A DNA stretch of 43,161 nt from Rotaria socialis (lineage: Eukaryota). How positions within the stretch are numbered: the stretch's first letter is position 1; the number at the start of each line of letters is the position of its first letter. Made by a program: the position numbers and the translations under genes. Below the pieces are notes generated by a model. That model did not search any database. It had not been told where the DNA came from and saw only the letters and a program-made list of their open reading frames with translations. Positions 14,826 through 27,349 of this stretch are shown here, in pieces. The DNA is taken from assembly GCA_905331295.1 (NCBI GenBank), contig CAJNYD010000106.1:124001-167161 (forward strand). Direction: 5' to 3'.

Positions 14826-14944
14826 GCTTACGGCCATACCACGTTGAATACACCAGTTCTCGTCCGATCACTGAAGTTAAGCAACGTCGGGCTCGGTTAG
14901 TACTTGGATGGGTGACCGCCTGGGAATACCGAGTGTCGTAAGCT
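14826..14944 (+). rRNA. 5S rRNA gene, copy 1
   Basis: 119-nt GCTTACGGCCATACC...GTGTCGTAAGCT with complementary ends and internal box A/box C-like elements, followed by a T-run (Pol III terminator). Confidence 0.98.
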
Positions 14945-15478
14945 TTTTTTCTTTGTTTTTGTCAAGTATATAAAAATTCCTACTCAAATTTTAAGTTCAG
15001 TGCATGTTTCAAATTTCTTTTTTGGTTACTAGTAATTTCTTACTCTCTGAAATAGAGATCATGACCCGGAAATGATTTTTAATTAAACCCTCGTTGGAAA
15101 AATCACAAAAGCTCATTATTTTATTATAATTGTAAATTACAAATACAATACCACGCTCATGGAATCCTCTCTACGAAGAACTGTATTCGGTATCTGCTTG
15201 ATCATAACTTTCCGTCATCTGTGGTGCTCAGATCTATAGCCTGGACGATGAAAATACTTCAGATTATGCGAATAAAATAATTCAAAACTATTTAGTACGT
15301 CGAAAAAAAAAACAATCGCGTCTACTTTGACTCTAACTATGTATGCTGAACAAGTATAGTTTGATCTTCATTCGTCACTTGTGAGGGATAATACTTCTTG
15401 ATTATTGTTTGAAAAAGATAATCCGAACTTGACGGACTCTAGGACATTATCACGTTGAGAGCGAAAGCACTGATGTAC

Positions 15479-15597
15479 GCTTACGGCCATACCACGTTGA
15501 ATACACCAGTTCTCGTCCGATCACTGAAGTTAAGCAACGTCGGGCTCGGTTAGTACTTGGATGGGTGACCGCCTGGGAATACCGAGTGTCGTAAGCT
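15479..15597 (+). rRNA. 5S rRNA gene, copy 2
   Basis: Identical to copy 1, with a T-run downstream. Confidence 0.98.
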
Positions 15598-16117
15598 TTT
15601 TTGCTTTTTTTAAAAATTAGTCAGGAACAAATTATAATTCATATTCAACATGCTCAAGAGCATGAGAGATTTTTTCTAAAAATATTTCATTCGCGGTTTG
15701 AAGAATTAGAGAAAACTGTTTCGGTCAACATAATCGAGACAGTTTCGAAAATAGCAAATGATATGAAAACAAAATTAAATGCTTATTCCAAAGATTCGTC
15801 GTTAAGGAACGTTTATGTATGCTCATTAAAGGCTTATAACAGTCGCTATATGATTTTTGAATATTTGCCGTTCTCATATTTTTAACATTTATAGACTAAC
15901 TCGATAAGAACATGTATGAATAATAGAAACCTTGTAACTCAAAGAGGATCTATCTTGAAAAAGATAGGTTTTTGCCGATAATTAGGCTAAAAATATATAT
16001 TGCTCCAAAGTTTTACTATAAAATTTTCACTTCTGATATACATTTGCAATAGTGCCTGAGAATTACTTACAAAAGTATTCATAGATTTATGTCTAGGCCA
16101 TTATAACGTGGAGATCG

Positions 16118-16118
16118 N
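16118..16118. other. Assembly gap (single N)
   Basis: Literal n in the sequence. Confidence 1.
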
Positions 16119-16233
16119 ACGGCCATACCACGTTGAATACACCAGTTCTCGTCCGATCACTGAAGTTAAGCAACGTCGGGCTCGGTTAGTACTTGGATGG
16201 GTGACCGCCTGGGAATACCGAGTGTCGTAAGCT
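16119..16233 (+). rRNA. 5S rRNA gene, copy 3 (first 4 nt lost at assembly gap N16118)
   Basis: Identical to nt 5-119 of copy 1, immediately after the single N. Confidence 0.93.
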
Positions 16234-16763
16234 TTTTTACTTTTTCTTCCAAGTATATAAAATCCCTACTCAAATTTTAAGCTCAGTACATGTTTCAGAT
16301 TTCTTTTTGGGTGCTAGTAATTGCTTACTCTCTGAAATAGAGATCATGACCCGGAAATAAGTTTTAATTAAACCCTCGTTGGAAAAATCACGAAAGCTCG
16401 TTATTTTATTATAATTCTAGATTACAAATACAATACCACGCTCGTGAAATCCTCTCTACGAAGAACTGTATTCGGTACCCGCTTGATCATAACTTTCCAT
16501 CATCTGTGTTGCTCAGATCTATAGCTTGGACGAGGAAAATACTTTAGATTATGCGAATTAAATAATTCAAAACTATTAAGCACTTCGAAAAAAAAAACAA
16601 TCGCGTCTACTTTGACTCTAACTATGTATGCTGAACAAGTATAGTTTGATCTTCATTCGTCACTTGTGAGGGACAATACTTCTTGATTATTGTTTGAAAA
16701 AGATAATCCGAACTTGACGGACTCTAGGACATTATCACGTTGAGAGCGAAAGCACTGATGTAC

Positions 16764-16882
16764 GCTTACGGCCATACCACGTTGAGTACACCAGTTCTCG
16801 TCCGATCACTGAAGTTAAGCAACGTCGGGCTCGGTTAGTACTTGGATGGGTGACCGCCTGGGAATACCGAGTGTCGTAAGCT
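16764..16882 (+). rRNA. 5S rRNA gene, copy 4 (A23G variant)
   Basis: Identical to copy 1 except GTTGAGTAC versus GTTGAATAC at 16786. Confidence 0.98.
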
Positions 16883-17068
16883 TTTTTGCTTTTTTTTCGA
16901 TTTTGTTCAGGCTAATCATCCGCCATACACTTTTATAATTGTGAAAACAAAAATGAAGTAATTGTCGACTACAGTAGGGGATAATCTTATGAAAAGTTAA
17001 ATAGACCCATATTATTATGTCGCATATGACAATTTCAAAGCAACTAAAACCGAAGTTATCATTTCTAG

Positions 17069-17462
17069 TAATAATACCTGGTACGGCAACTTTCTCAACT
17101 AGTCCCATTAACACATCGATATCTGTTACAGGCAATGGTTTTTATCCAAGGGAGGATATATTCTTGAGCAAACCAATCTGATTAACAACGCTGCTCGTTG
17201 TTGTAACCGTACCGAAAACGTTTCGATGATGTAATGCTTATTCGGTTACGAACTTCTGGTCTAATACGGTTGTTAGCAATATTACTGATACGAATGCGAC
17301 TGTTATTTACAGTTTTCAACTTATTGATCAAAATACAATTGTACCAGGAGCATGGGAAATAGGTGTTCAATTCAATTTAAATGGCGCTGGAACAAGACCT
17401 ACAAGTATTGATACACATTCAATGAAAATGAACTCTTATACAGAAACCAGCGGACATTCTAA
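17069..17462 (+). pseudogene. Disrupted exon encoding a Thr/Asn-rich, bacterial-like extracellular beta-domain
   Basis: After an AG acceptor at 17067-68 the frame reads IIPGTATFSTSP...GNGFYPREDIFLSKPI*LTTLLVVVTVPKTFR*CNAYSVTNFWSNTVVSNITDTNATVIYSFQLIDQNTIVPGAWEIGVQFNLNGAGTRPTSIDT...SGH. In-frame TGA codons lie at 17179 and 17227. Confidence 0.55.
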
Positions 17463-17480
17463 AATAAAATCGTCGCGTAT

Positions 17481-18061
17481 TTATTCATTGTAATAAATTT
17501 TAGATTTCATATAGCTCTCTTGAAAGATTCTGAATCCGACTTTTTCATAAAATCTTATAGCACGTTTATTATGAGTAAAAACACCACCCAGAGTATTAAA
17601 CGTTCTTTACCCATTAGCTTACACATAGGTTTTACTTTTTCAAACAAGCAACAACCAAAATGACGATTTTGATATTGATCACTAATACACGGACCAAATC
17701 TCATATCTGTTACTTCATTTAATATGATACCATATTTCTCTGAAAAGCGTTTATATTCATTCTCAACAATAGATAAACTAAATTCGAATAGAGCAATGAT
17801 TGTCTCATGATTAATCAAAGCAACAAGACGTAGTTTATCATATCGATTTATTGCAAAACATAAATCACGAGCTTCATTCAAATCATAACCATTACGAGTT
17901 GAAAATTTTCGTGTTTGTGAACCAAGATTTTCTAAAAAGTGAGCTAATTTTTTCTCGTCCGTCAGTAATAATGGACGGAAATTAATTAACATTCCTTCAA
18001 AATAATCAGTAGTGCTAATCAATTCTGGATTTTTGTCAATATCATCCGATGTAAGTACCAT
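17481..18061 (-). pseudogene. Intronless GNAT-family N-acetyltransferase with a 1-nt frameshift (pseudogene or sequence error)
   Basis: ATG 18061 (MVLTSDDID...). Acetyl-CoA motif-like segment GPCISDQYQNRHFG. Adding one G in the GGG run at 17587-17589 gives LILWGGVFTHNKRAIRFYEKVGFRIF, the GNAT N..AI.FYEK.GF motif, ending at TAA 17483-17481. Confidence 0.8.
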
Positions 18062-18245
18062 CGATTGTGTCTGTCTTTTTATTATACCTGTTTTGTTTCT
18101 ATAAAATAGACGGAAGAACAGGTACAACATCAAAAGGTAGAAAATTATAATAATAATGATGAATTGCAGAAAAAGAAAAACAAATATACATTTTAGATAT
18201 TTTGTCGAGAATAAGTAAGAAAAACGTGTTAGCTTACAAAAACAT

Positions 18246-19663
18246 TTAATATCGAGACAAGAATTCTCGATAGATAATTATAACATACAGTGCTGCACAA
18301 AAGGTAACAAGTAGATCATCAAAGAATCCAAGAAAACCGAGAACACTTTCTGGTAGAATATCCAATGGCGAAAGAACATATGCAATTACTGTGAACAATA
18401 TGAGTATAATTCGTAAACGATATGTCCATGCTAGATTTTGTACAGTAAACATTTGTCGAATAATATGAGGAATTAGCACAGGTATATCATAAATATATTC
18501 ACGAAACTATTGAATAAACAATAGACTTTTCAAATAAATATACGTGTAACGTCGTTCTTACTGTTCGTGGGGCACCAGAAAATCGACGATTGAAATCTCT
18601 CACATTGGTGATCACTGTCTCTCGTATATCATTATCGGCGGTTGTTTCATCGTCGGCGAAGCATCTAAGAAGAACAGTAATCTAAAAATATAGAAAACTT
18701 TGTTCTTATGAACTGCTTTAAATATGCTATTAAGTGCCTAACAAGATTAAAATATCTCGAATTTAAAGGTTATTGAGATTAGGCAAGTGCTCAGAACGGC
18801 AATACTCTTCATCCAAATGTTTTCAGTTCAAAATGCATGTGTAATATTTTCTAAACTACGAAACAGAAATATTTCAATCAAGATTTGGTTTTTCCTTCAT
18901 GATTAAGCTATGAACGAACATAGGATAAATTGTTAAACAATTTCAAATGTTATACTCGAAATTTTCTAATGCATTCCCTCGAATGATATTATCAAAAATA
19001 GTCTATCTCGTTGTAAACTCCCTTTCCGGTTTGTTTATCATTGTGACATACTGTTTGAAACTGATTCGGTTTCTCATTCTGTGCGTGACTGAGAAGACTT
19101 TGAAAAAATACATACCGATTGTCGACATACAGGGCAATGCATTCCACTCATCCAATTCATTTGATATTTCCAATATGTGATAATACATTGACCTAAATGA
19201 AGCAAGCGACTACAGAATGCTGTCATTGGTCTTTACGTATTGCAAAATTTTACAAACCACAAAATAAATGTCCACAATTCGTTTCTACGCTTAATACAGA
19301 TGAGTCGGTAAGACAAATAGGACATGTATCATGTCTTGGTCGACGAATATATGATGATGTTTCATCGGTCACATCTGCTCGAGAATTTTGTTGAGTTCGT
19401 TCGCGGAATGCCTCGACATTCTGTCTATTGTCTGCGTGAATAGTTGTATTACGCTGACGTCTATTGAAACAAAAGATTTAAAAGAATATTATTCATCTTT
19501 CATAGATCTACCGTGAATAGTAAATTGAAACGCCAATGAGACTAATTGTTAAGAGCACTAAAAGAATTGTATCATCACTGATACCTTCGATCATAGATGG
19601 ATTATGTATTGAATAAGTTTCAAGTGACATACTGTCATTTTCAAACGGCCAATACCACGGCAT
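18246..19663 (-). CDS. RNF170: E3 ubiquitin ligase RNF170 (C3HC4 RING + DUF1232-like membrane C-terminus)
   Basis: Motifs MIEGISDD + TM, CPICL...VETNCGHLFC...CIITYWK...CPVCRQ, FNRRFSGAPR and YVLSPLDILPESVLGFLGFFDD. Five exons. Confidence 0.9.
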
Positions 19664-20211
19664 TTTTCTAGAAGTAAAAGATGATTGTGTCATCACCCAT
19701 ATTTTTATTCGTTGTTAACAACATCCATTGCCGTGCATGTGGAAAAAAAAACTTTCCCGATTACGATAATGACTCATTCTTTTGAAGCTGTATGAATAGG
19801 TGTTCTCCATATTTATCATCATAGAATACTGATCGGAGCGCAATGATTTTTTTTCAAAATGTAACTCTCTACTAGTTAAGATTTTTCCGACTCAAACGAT
19901 TTCTTTCATTGAACAAAACAAAGCAAGAAAATCAATCTAAAATACAAACATAATAAAAGAAGTAATCGCTCGAATTGTAAATCATGAATCAAGAGATGCG
20001 AATCACGTATTATATTTGCTATATTTTTTTTTATATAAAGCCACAAAAGTTAACTAAACTGTATTGCTCTCGTCGCTGATTTGCTTATAATTCTTTTCTT
20101 TTCGGTTTAAACGAGGAACGATTACAACGAGGCAATATAAAGTTATTTCTTCGTCTACAGGGACAATATGGATAATACAAGAAAAAAAGAAAACTAATGT
20201 CATTTTATGAT

Positions 20212-21785
20212 TTAATGGTCTTTTGGTTTTGGTCTGTAGAAGGAAATTTTGCGTGATTTCAATGTTGCCCATTTAACACGTTTCCAATGATAAGTTATGA
20301 AGACCAGAGGAACAAAAATTAGAACTGCTTTGAGAGCTAATCGTTTACGATCATCGTGTTCACGTTCTGCCGTCCACTTAAGAAATTCAGTAACATCCTT
20401 AGCTAATTGAGACTCGGTAGCTTTTGTTCCATCCGAATATTCAATTTGATCATCGTATAATTGTTTGGCCATAGCAATCCAACCACCGCTAAAATATGGA
20501 TTATAATGAAGATTTGGTTCACCTTTTACACCAGCTGGTGGATCTTGATAGCCAGTCAACAAATTGAATATGTAATTACAGCCATCCTCACGACCTAAAT
20601 AAATGTATTGTTTAAAATTAAGCTGCTCTTTTTCGTCGCTTCAGTATCACAACATTGAGATGTAGTATAAATGCGATAGAAGTCTCATACTTCTTTTTTT
20701 TTTTACAAACGACGTGATTTAATTTTATTTCACACATTATTAGCTGTTGTGTACTTGGAAAATTTGCTTTTTCGTTCGTACATCAGACAATTTTCAATGA
20801 AGTTTCATTGCAATAGATTTCTAATTTATTCTTAGAAAGAAATAAAAGCGGGTTTCTACAAATAGTTGAACATTTTATCTTTTTCTCTTCACGTCAAATA
20901 AATGCCAAACATTTTTACATAAAATACATATTCTTAGCGACCTTTGGACTACCACATGAGCTAACTTTAATCCTTGTTTATTTAATATTTCTTATATATG
21001 TTTGATCTAGAACTGAAAATTGTCGTGCTTTCAGAATCAATTTAATATTAGTTATTTTCTTATGAGATTAATTTTACTGTTGTGATCGTCTGTATTATTG
21101 GCATCAACGATCTTCTAATATCCATCAAGATAAACGTTTCTTAAATAAATTTTAATTATATCCTACATACCAAGTGTAATAAGTGAAAGATCAGGCGGTA
21201 AAGCTCCTTGATTTCCATCTTTAGCTGCCTAAAATATTCAAAAGAAAAGCATTTTTTATTTATATTCGTCTATAAAAATAATTATTAAATACAAACTTTA
21301 TCATTTGGATAAGGTGACGGTAAATAATCGGTAAGTTTACCAGGTCGAGTAAACATTTCACCTTTGTCATCAGGTCCATCTTTGATGAAATCTTGAGCAG
21401 CAATTTCTTTAGCTTCTGCTTCCGTATGTGTAGCTCCAACCAAATGACGATAAGCAACAAATTTCAATGAATGACAAGCAGCGCAAACTTGCTTATAAAC
21501 TTCAAAACCACGGCGTACCGATGCATGATCAAGTGAATCGAATGCCCCACTAAATGACCATGGTAATGGAACTAAATGTGCTTTATTACCGGACGCATGA
21601 AGTGCTTGTGAATGAGCCCAAGCATAACCTAAAGCACCAGTAGTTAAAAGACCACCACCAATTTGATACGCAAGACGTTTCCATCGAATAGACGTTTGAG
21701 TGGATGTAGACGATGAATTACGAATAACATAAACTAATATTTGATGGTTTTGCCGAGTTGCTCGGCACAAGATAGTTGAAGTCAT
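20212..21785 (-). CDS. CYC1: Mitochondrial cytochrome c1, heme protein (complex III)
   Basis: Exons 21785-21297, 21228-21171 and 20594-20212. Motifs LDHASVRRGFEVYKQVCAACHS (CxxCH), ALPPDLSLI, YNPYF and SQLAKDVTEFLKW, plus a C-terminal TM. Confidence 0.97.
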
Positions 21786-22560
21786 TTTTACTTTATTACT
21801 TAGTTTCAATCGATTGATGTCTATCACATGGAAAGACAAAATCTGAAAAAAAAACAAAAAAGGAATATTTGAGTTAAGGAAAAAGAAAAAAAGCGAATAT
21901 GTTTACGAGTATGACGATACCTAGGATCTTCCATCGAATTGTATTAAAAAACTCCCGACGAATCGATTTCATGTCGCTTGTTCATAAAATTAAACAAGAT
22001 TGAAATTTTTATTTTTATTTTTTTAGATAAACTTATTGAAATAAAATAAAATATCATCATATACATAAATAATAGATGACGCTCGACATTCCGAGTTAAT
22101 TTACTTGGATGAATGGACCAATAAAATTCATATTGTTTGTCGTCGTCCTTTGCTTTTAGCCGTTTGAAGCACGACTGTTCTAGTTTTCTCTTTTTTGGGA
22201 CATTCCTATATGGTTCATTTACTTGTTTCGATGGAATATTCTTCACAAAAAAGCTTAAACCATTGAATTGTTTCATATGCAAAAAATGGTTTGATTCTAT
22301 TCGATATTACGTTTGAAATATATCGTTCAACGAACGTATATCAGTATATTCGCTAATTTAAGATTTTTGCAGTTGAAATAAGAATGAAATTTATGTTCGC
22401 TGAATTAAGTGAATAAGATAGAGAGTATAACAGAGAGAATTTTATAGAAAAATCATTTACAACTATTCAATCCAGATATAGAATTGTCTGTAAAATGCAT
22501 CTATTCAAGTCTAAAATAAATGTGAATGTTCTTGAAAAACTTTCTCTTCTATTTTAGAGA

Positions 22561-25500
22561 ATGATGATCGGCGTAAATAGTATACTCGATTATCTTGAGT
22601 TAAATACGCCTTCTAATAAACGTGATATTGGAGAATTAATTCGTAATCAGCGTCAAAATAATTCTAAAACTTCTTCATCAACAAAGCTCAATCATCTTAT
22701 AATCGATGTCGACACAACATTAGAACGTCTCTATGGTGGTTTTTATCCCGATTGGTTAGCTGGTGGTGAATGGTCACATCTCTACTCATACGTATTATCA
22801 TTACTTAAAACATGTCAAGAATTATCATTATGTCTTATATTTTGTTTCGATGGTACATTGTATCGTTCTGGACAATCTCAATGGTATTATGAACAATTAC
22901 AACATCGAAAAAAAGTGAATCAAATATTTAAACATTTAAAACAAAATAAATCTGGTTTACCACGTCGTCAATTATGGTTATCACCGCCAGCATTTCAATT
23001 ATGTTTCCGAATTATTTTACGTGAAATAAATTCATCTCATTTTATTATGTATCAAACTTGGGGCTATGGTCAGTGCCAACATCAAGAACAGATTAAGAAC
23101 TATGCCAGACAATATAATCAAAATTTAATTGGCATTGTTTCGTCTGACATTGAATTTTTATTTTCTCCAAAACTCAATAATGAGAATATATTATTGAAAT
23201 ATTTTTCTTCGAAAAATTTTAAATTATCATTAAAAGGAAAATTAACACTTGTGGAAATTAAATTAAATCAGTTAAAAGATAAATTTTCTCTTGATACTAA
23301 ACAATTTTCTCTTTTACTAACATTATTAGGTAAACATCTAGTTGCATATCTTTATTTCAATAGTATAAACGTTCTTGTTTTTTTTTTCAAGGAAATCATA
23401 TTTTACCCTATAGCGATTTGATTCATTTTCATAATGATATAGTTCGTAATCAAGATATTTCAACACCATTATCAAAACGTATTTCACCAGTAAGTTTTTA
23501 TTCAAATGTCTACGAACGAAAGTTGATGTTATACGAGTTTTAAGAAAGATGAAAACAGTCAGTAAATCAAAGTCGAAAGAAGTCTGTATTCACAACCAAA
23601 TATAAACAATAAAATTTTCTTTGTAGCAAACAAATGGAACTATGTCACCACCAGTCATCGATTCAATAACGTCAGAAATAAAAGTGGACGTGTGTTCTCC
23701 TGACAATAGCACACTTGATGCCAGTGAAGATCATCAACAAACATCACCAGTTCATTTTTCAACGCAATCTCGTTCTAATGGAAATAATCTTTCGATAAAT
23801 TCAACTGTTGATCAACTCATGCCACGTCTTGTTGATTATATTCGCCAACAAAGCGTAGATAATGATTTTGATTTTGACACAATTGCTAGCCAAATTTTTA
23901 AGTAAAAATTTTCTTAACTAGACTTCTGTAGTTTAACATCAGCTTACTATTTTCTATGTAGACACTTAACAGATAATGAAGCACGCCAAACGAAAACTCA
24001 GTTATTAATAGATTCTTATCAATATTACTCAAACGCAATTAGCGAAAGCCAATCAACCACAGATTCTTTGGAATCATCAGAAACATCTATTTGCTCTAAT
24101 TTTTCTTCTAGTCAAGGTAAGATGTTTGAGCTATGCTTTCTTTTATAAAATTTCTTTTAATAATTAAATTCTTCTCAGTTATTGACTCATACTTTTTATT
24201 TATAATCAGTACGAATTTATTTTCAAGCACAATGAAGGTTACACATAAAGAATTGGACAGATGTTTCTCCCTGTACGCATGACAAAAATCTTAACAAAGA
24301 GTGATTACCAAATCTGAGATGCATAACCATGAGAACGTGACAGTTACTATGAATAGCAGATCAAAGATTATATATAGATAAACTCGCATCATAATGAATG
24401 AGTTACACTTGTAGAAGATTAATTAGAATCATGACGAAGAGATTTGCTCTTTTGATTTTCATCTCATCATCAATTGTGCTTCAAGTCGTTACAATAGAAC
24501 GATCATTTAACTTTAATTTTAGTATCTGTGAATAAATCAGATGAAAATCAAATATTCGAAAATTGTTCAGGTGTGAATATCGAAGTAATACGTACAGCTT
24601 TTAATCTACACAAGCAAGGCTTAATGATGCCATGGATATTTCAATGTCTTTACAAAGTATGTTTATTGATTTTATTTCTCTTATCCATAAATAAAATTTT
24701 CTAGCACGAAATAACATTTCCTGTAACTATTGAACCAGAAATGTGCAATACAATTCCAGGTGTATGTGAATTTTTTCGTCCAATACGAAAATATGTTTAT
24801 TCGATTTTATTTGATTCTAAAACAATAATACGTGAACAAGCTTATAATAGTGAACATGGTTCTTATTTAACAGATATTCATTGTGAACAATTATCATTGA
24901 AACATACAATTGAACAACTTTGGTTCGGTACAAATCCCGATGAAGATCGTCATTTACGAATGAAAACATTTTTGCAATCATTATATTATTGTGATTTACC
25001 TACAATGTATTCCATGTCACTTGATTATCTTATTTTTTTATGTATATTACGTTATATATATATGGAATTTTTTCGTTATTCATCAACATCAGGTATTTTA
25101 CAAACATACGAATTAATGGCATTTATTTCTCAAGCCGTTCTTATAACGGAATTGCAACCAAAGCCATTAATGAATTTACAATCAACTAATTTCTTAAATC
25201 AATACGATCATATACAAATAATTAATTATGAAACTCGTCCAATACAATTGGCACATCTATTTATGCGTGGATTTGAAACTATTCTATTTGCTAATGAAGT
25301 ATGTGGTGCACCAGTGCATCCGAAATATTGTTGTCCATCGCATTTTTTCAATGGAAAATTATTTCATCAAAAATATTTACAAGCTCAATACTATCAACAA
25401 AATCAAGATTTAATGATTATATTATGTGATGGAAATGTAAGATAAACATAAATTAGATTTGAGAAGATATATAATCGGTTTTCTTTAATATTCTCTATTG

Positions 25501-27349
25501 GTAAAGTTGCCCGAAAAAAATCATATTACGAATAGAGCAGAGCACAATCCGATTGCAAGCATCGATGCAAAGTTGAACATGTTTGTATTATATTGCTAGT
25601 AGAATACTCTTCGATTCACTTGAATCTAGAGCGAAATTCAGCATAGCCTCTCTGTCTGTCAATAATTAAAATTTACAGAAAAAAAATTCCTTTAGTAAAA
25701 TATTGTCATCTGAGACAACAGAATTATAGTATAAGCACTTTGTTATTAGTAGTAGCTGAGCATTTAATCAACACCATAATAGATGAATTGGTTCAGTAAT
25801 ATTCGAAGTGGTTAATCAAAATATTATTACAGTATTAGTTTACTTCATCGAGAAAAAAAAACTCTCTGGCACTGTATCGAAGACAATCATTTATTCTCTA
25901 TATTAGGCTCATTTTGCTCAACTTGGCTCACATTTACTTGATATTATATTGGATCGAACACCAAATGGAAATTTTCATCATACTCCAATGCAAAAACAAC
26001 AGTATCAATATCCGACAGCAGCACCACCACCACAACAGCAGCAGCAACAACGTGCTTTGAAAAATCCATCTCGGCAGGGACAACCACTTGTAGCGAATTC
26101 GACACGTACACTGATGCGTAACAATAATAAACCATCAACAAAAAATGAATTAAATAATCAACAGCAAACACCAATTTCAAATTTTCGTCAACAACAGCAA
26201 CAACCACCTCCGATTAAACAACAAGCTGGTTATACGAAAACGGCTGGAACGATGAATAATAATAACAATGGTATAAACAAAATGGCTGCTAGTTTAATCA
26301 ATTAGCCGTGAATTTTATTTATTCTTATTTTTAGTCACTCCATTCAATGTTAAATCTCATCAACAATCAATGAAATTCAATACTCATCCAGTACAAAATA
26401 TGAACTATGCTACACCTCCACCACCACTACAACATAAATTACCTACTGAACAATGGGCTGCCCCACCAACGTCGGCATTACTCCCGAATCATTTACATAT
26501 GCAGCCACAACATCAACCAACTAACTCAATACATAATATACAATCTATACCTCTTCAATATCAACAACCAATGACTAATAAGTAAGAAATTCTCCGTCAA
26601 CATGTATGGAGGACAAACAACTTGAACCCTAGAAATAAAGAAATATTTTTTCTATTTAGTTTTATTGATTCTCACGAACAATTTATTCATCTTCAACTTC
26701 ATCCACAATCAATGCCAACAACACCATCACCAATGCCATATCCTCATGCAACGCAAATAATAAATCCTCATATTCCAATGGCAGCCTACAATCATCTTCA
26801 TCCACCACCGTATACCATTCCCAATGGACCAACATTTTATCAACCTTCGCCGTCATCAACAAATTCTTTTCAACAACCAATAGCAACGCCATATCATCCT
26901 CATCATCCACAAATAGTACCTGGCCTTCCGCCACATGCACCTATTGCTCCACAACGAACAGCTAATTTTACAACAGTAATTTCAACAACAAATAATAATA
27001 ATAATAATCCTAACCATTATCAACAATCAGCACAATGTATCTCACAAACTTCAATGCAAACACAGGAAATGAATCTACAAGCATTACAACAACGTATTAT
27101 TGAACAACAAAAACATCAACAAACACCCATATCAATTCAAAGACAAATGAATCGATTACATGCTGTTGATTATACTCAGTAATTGACACTGATTTAGTTT
27201 TATTTCTCTCATCTTGATTAATTATTTTTAGATACGATATTCATCGTTCGACACAACACAATGAAATTTCAGTAGGTGTGCAATCCTGTCATCACCCGTC
27301 CATGATTGTCGATCATCAACAACAACGACCGCCACCACATGGATTTTGA
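22561..27349 (+). CDS. FAM120: FAM120-family protein (constitutive coactivator of PPAR-gamma-like; PIN-like N-terminus) with Q/P/N-rich tail
   Basis: Motifs LERLYGGFYPDWLAGGEW, CFDG, LLGNHIL, FFRPIRKYVYSILF and LFMRGFETILFANEVCGAP...FFNGKLFHQK. The last exon ends PPPHGF with TGA at 27347-27349. Confidence 0.85.

Larger units (their letters stand above)
14826..16882 (+). repeat. Tandem 5S rDNA array (~640-650 bp period) with two spacer types (A-B-A)
   Basis: Spacers 14945-15478 and 16234-16763 are homologous, while 15598-16117 differs. AGCACTGATGTAC precedes copies 1, 2 and 4. Confidence 0.9.

Noticed and set aside
15831..15845. GGCTTATAACAG in spacer B as a 5S-linked spliced-leader RNA gene
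   Set aside because: Only a short partial match to the bdelloid SL as I recall it, with no full leader or convincing Sm site.
15950..15967. Hairpin CTATCTT-GAAA-AAGATAG in spacer B
   Set aside because: Short AT-rich stem, not positionally conserved in spacer A.
14826..16882. CRISPR-like repeat-spacer pattern
   Set aside because: Repeats are 119-nt 5S rRNA genes with ~520-530 bp spacers, there are no cas genes, and the context is eukaryotic.
15601..17135. ORFs 15601-15885 and 16815-17135
   Set aside because: They lie in a 5S spacer or are antisense to 5S and the pseudogene, with no recognisable protein features.
17179..17229. Two in-frame TGA codons as selenocysteine/readthrough
   Set aside because: No redox-motif context or evident SECIS, and a probable terminal frameshift favours decay.
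20937..20965. tRNA-like fragment (minus strand TAGCTCATGTGGTAG...AAAGGTCGC) in CYC1 intron
   Set aside because: No anticodon arm, T-loop or acceptor stem; at most a relic.
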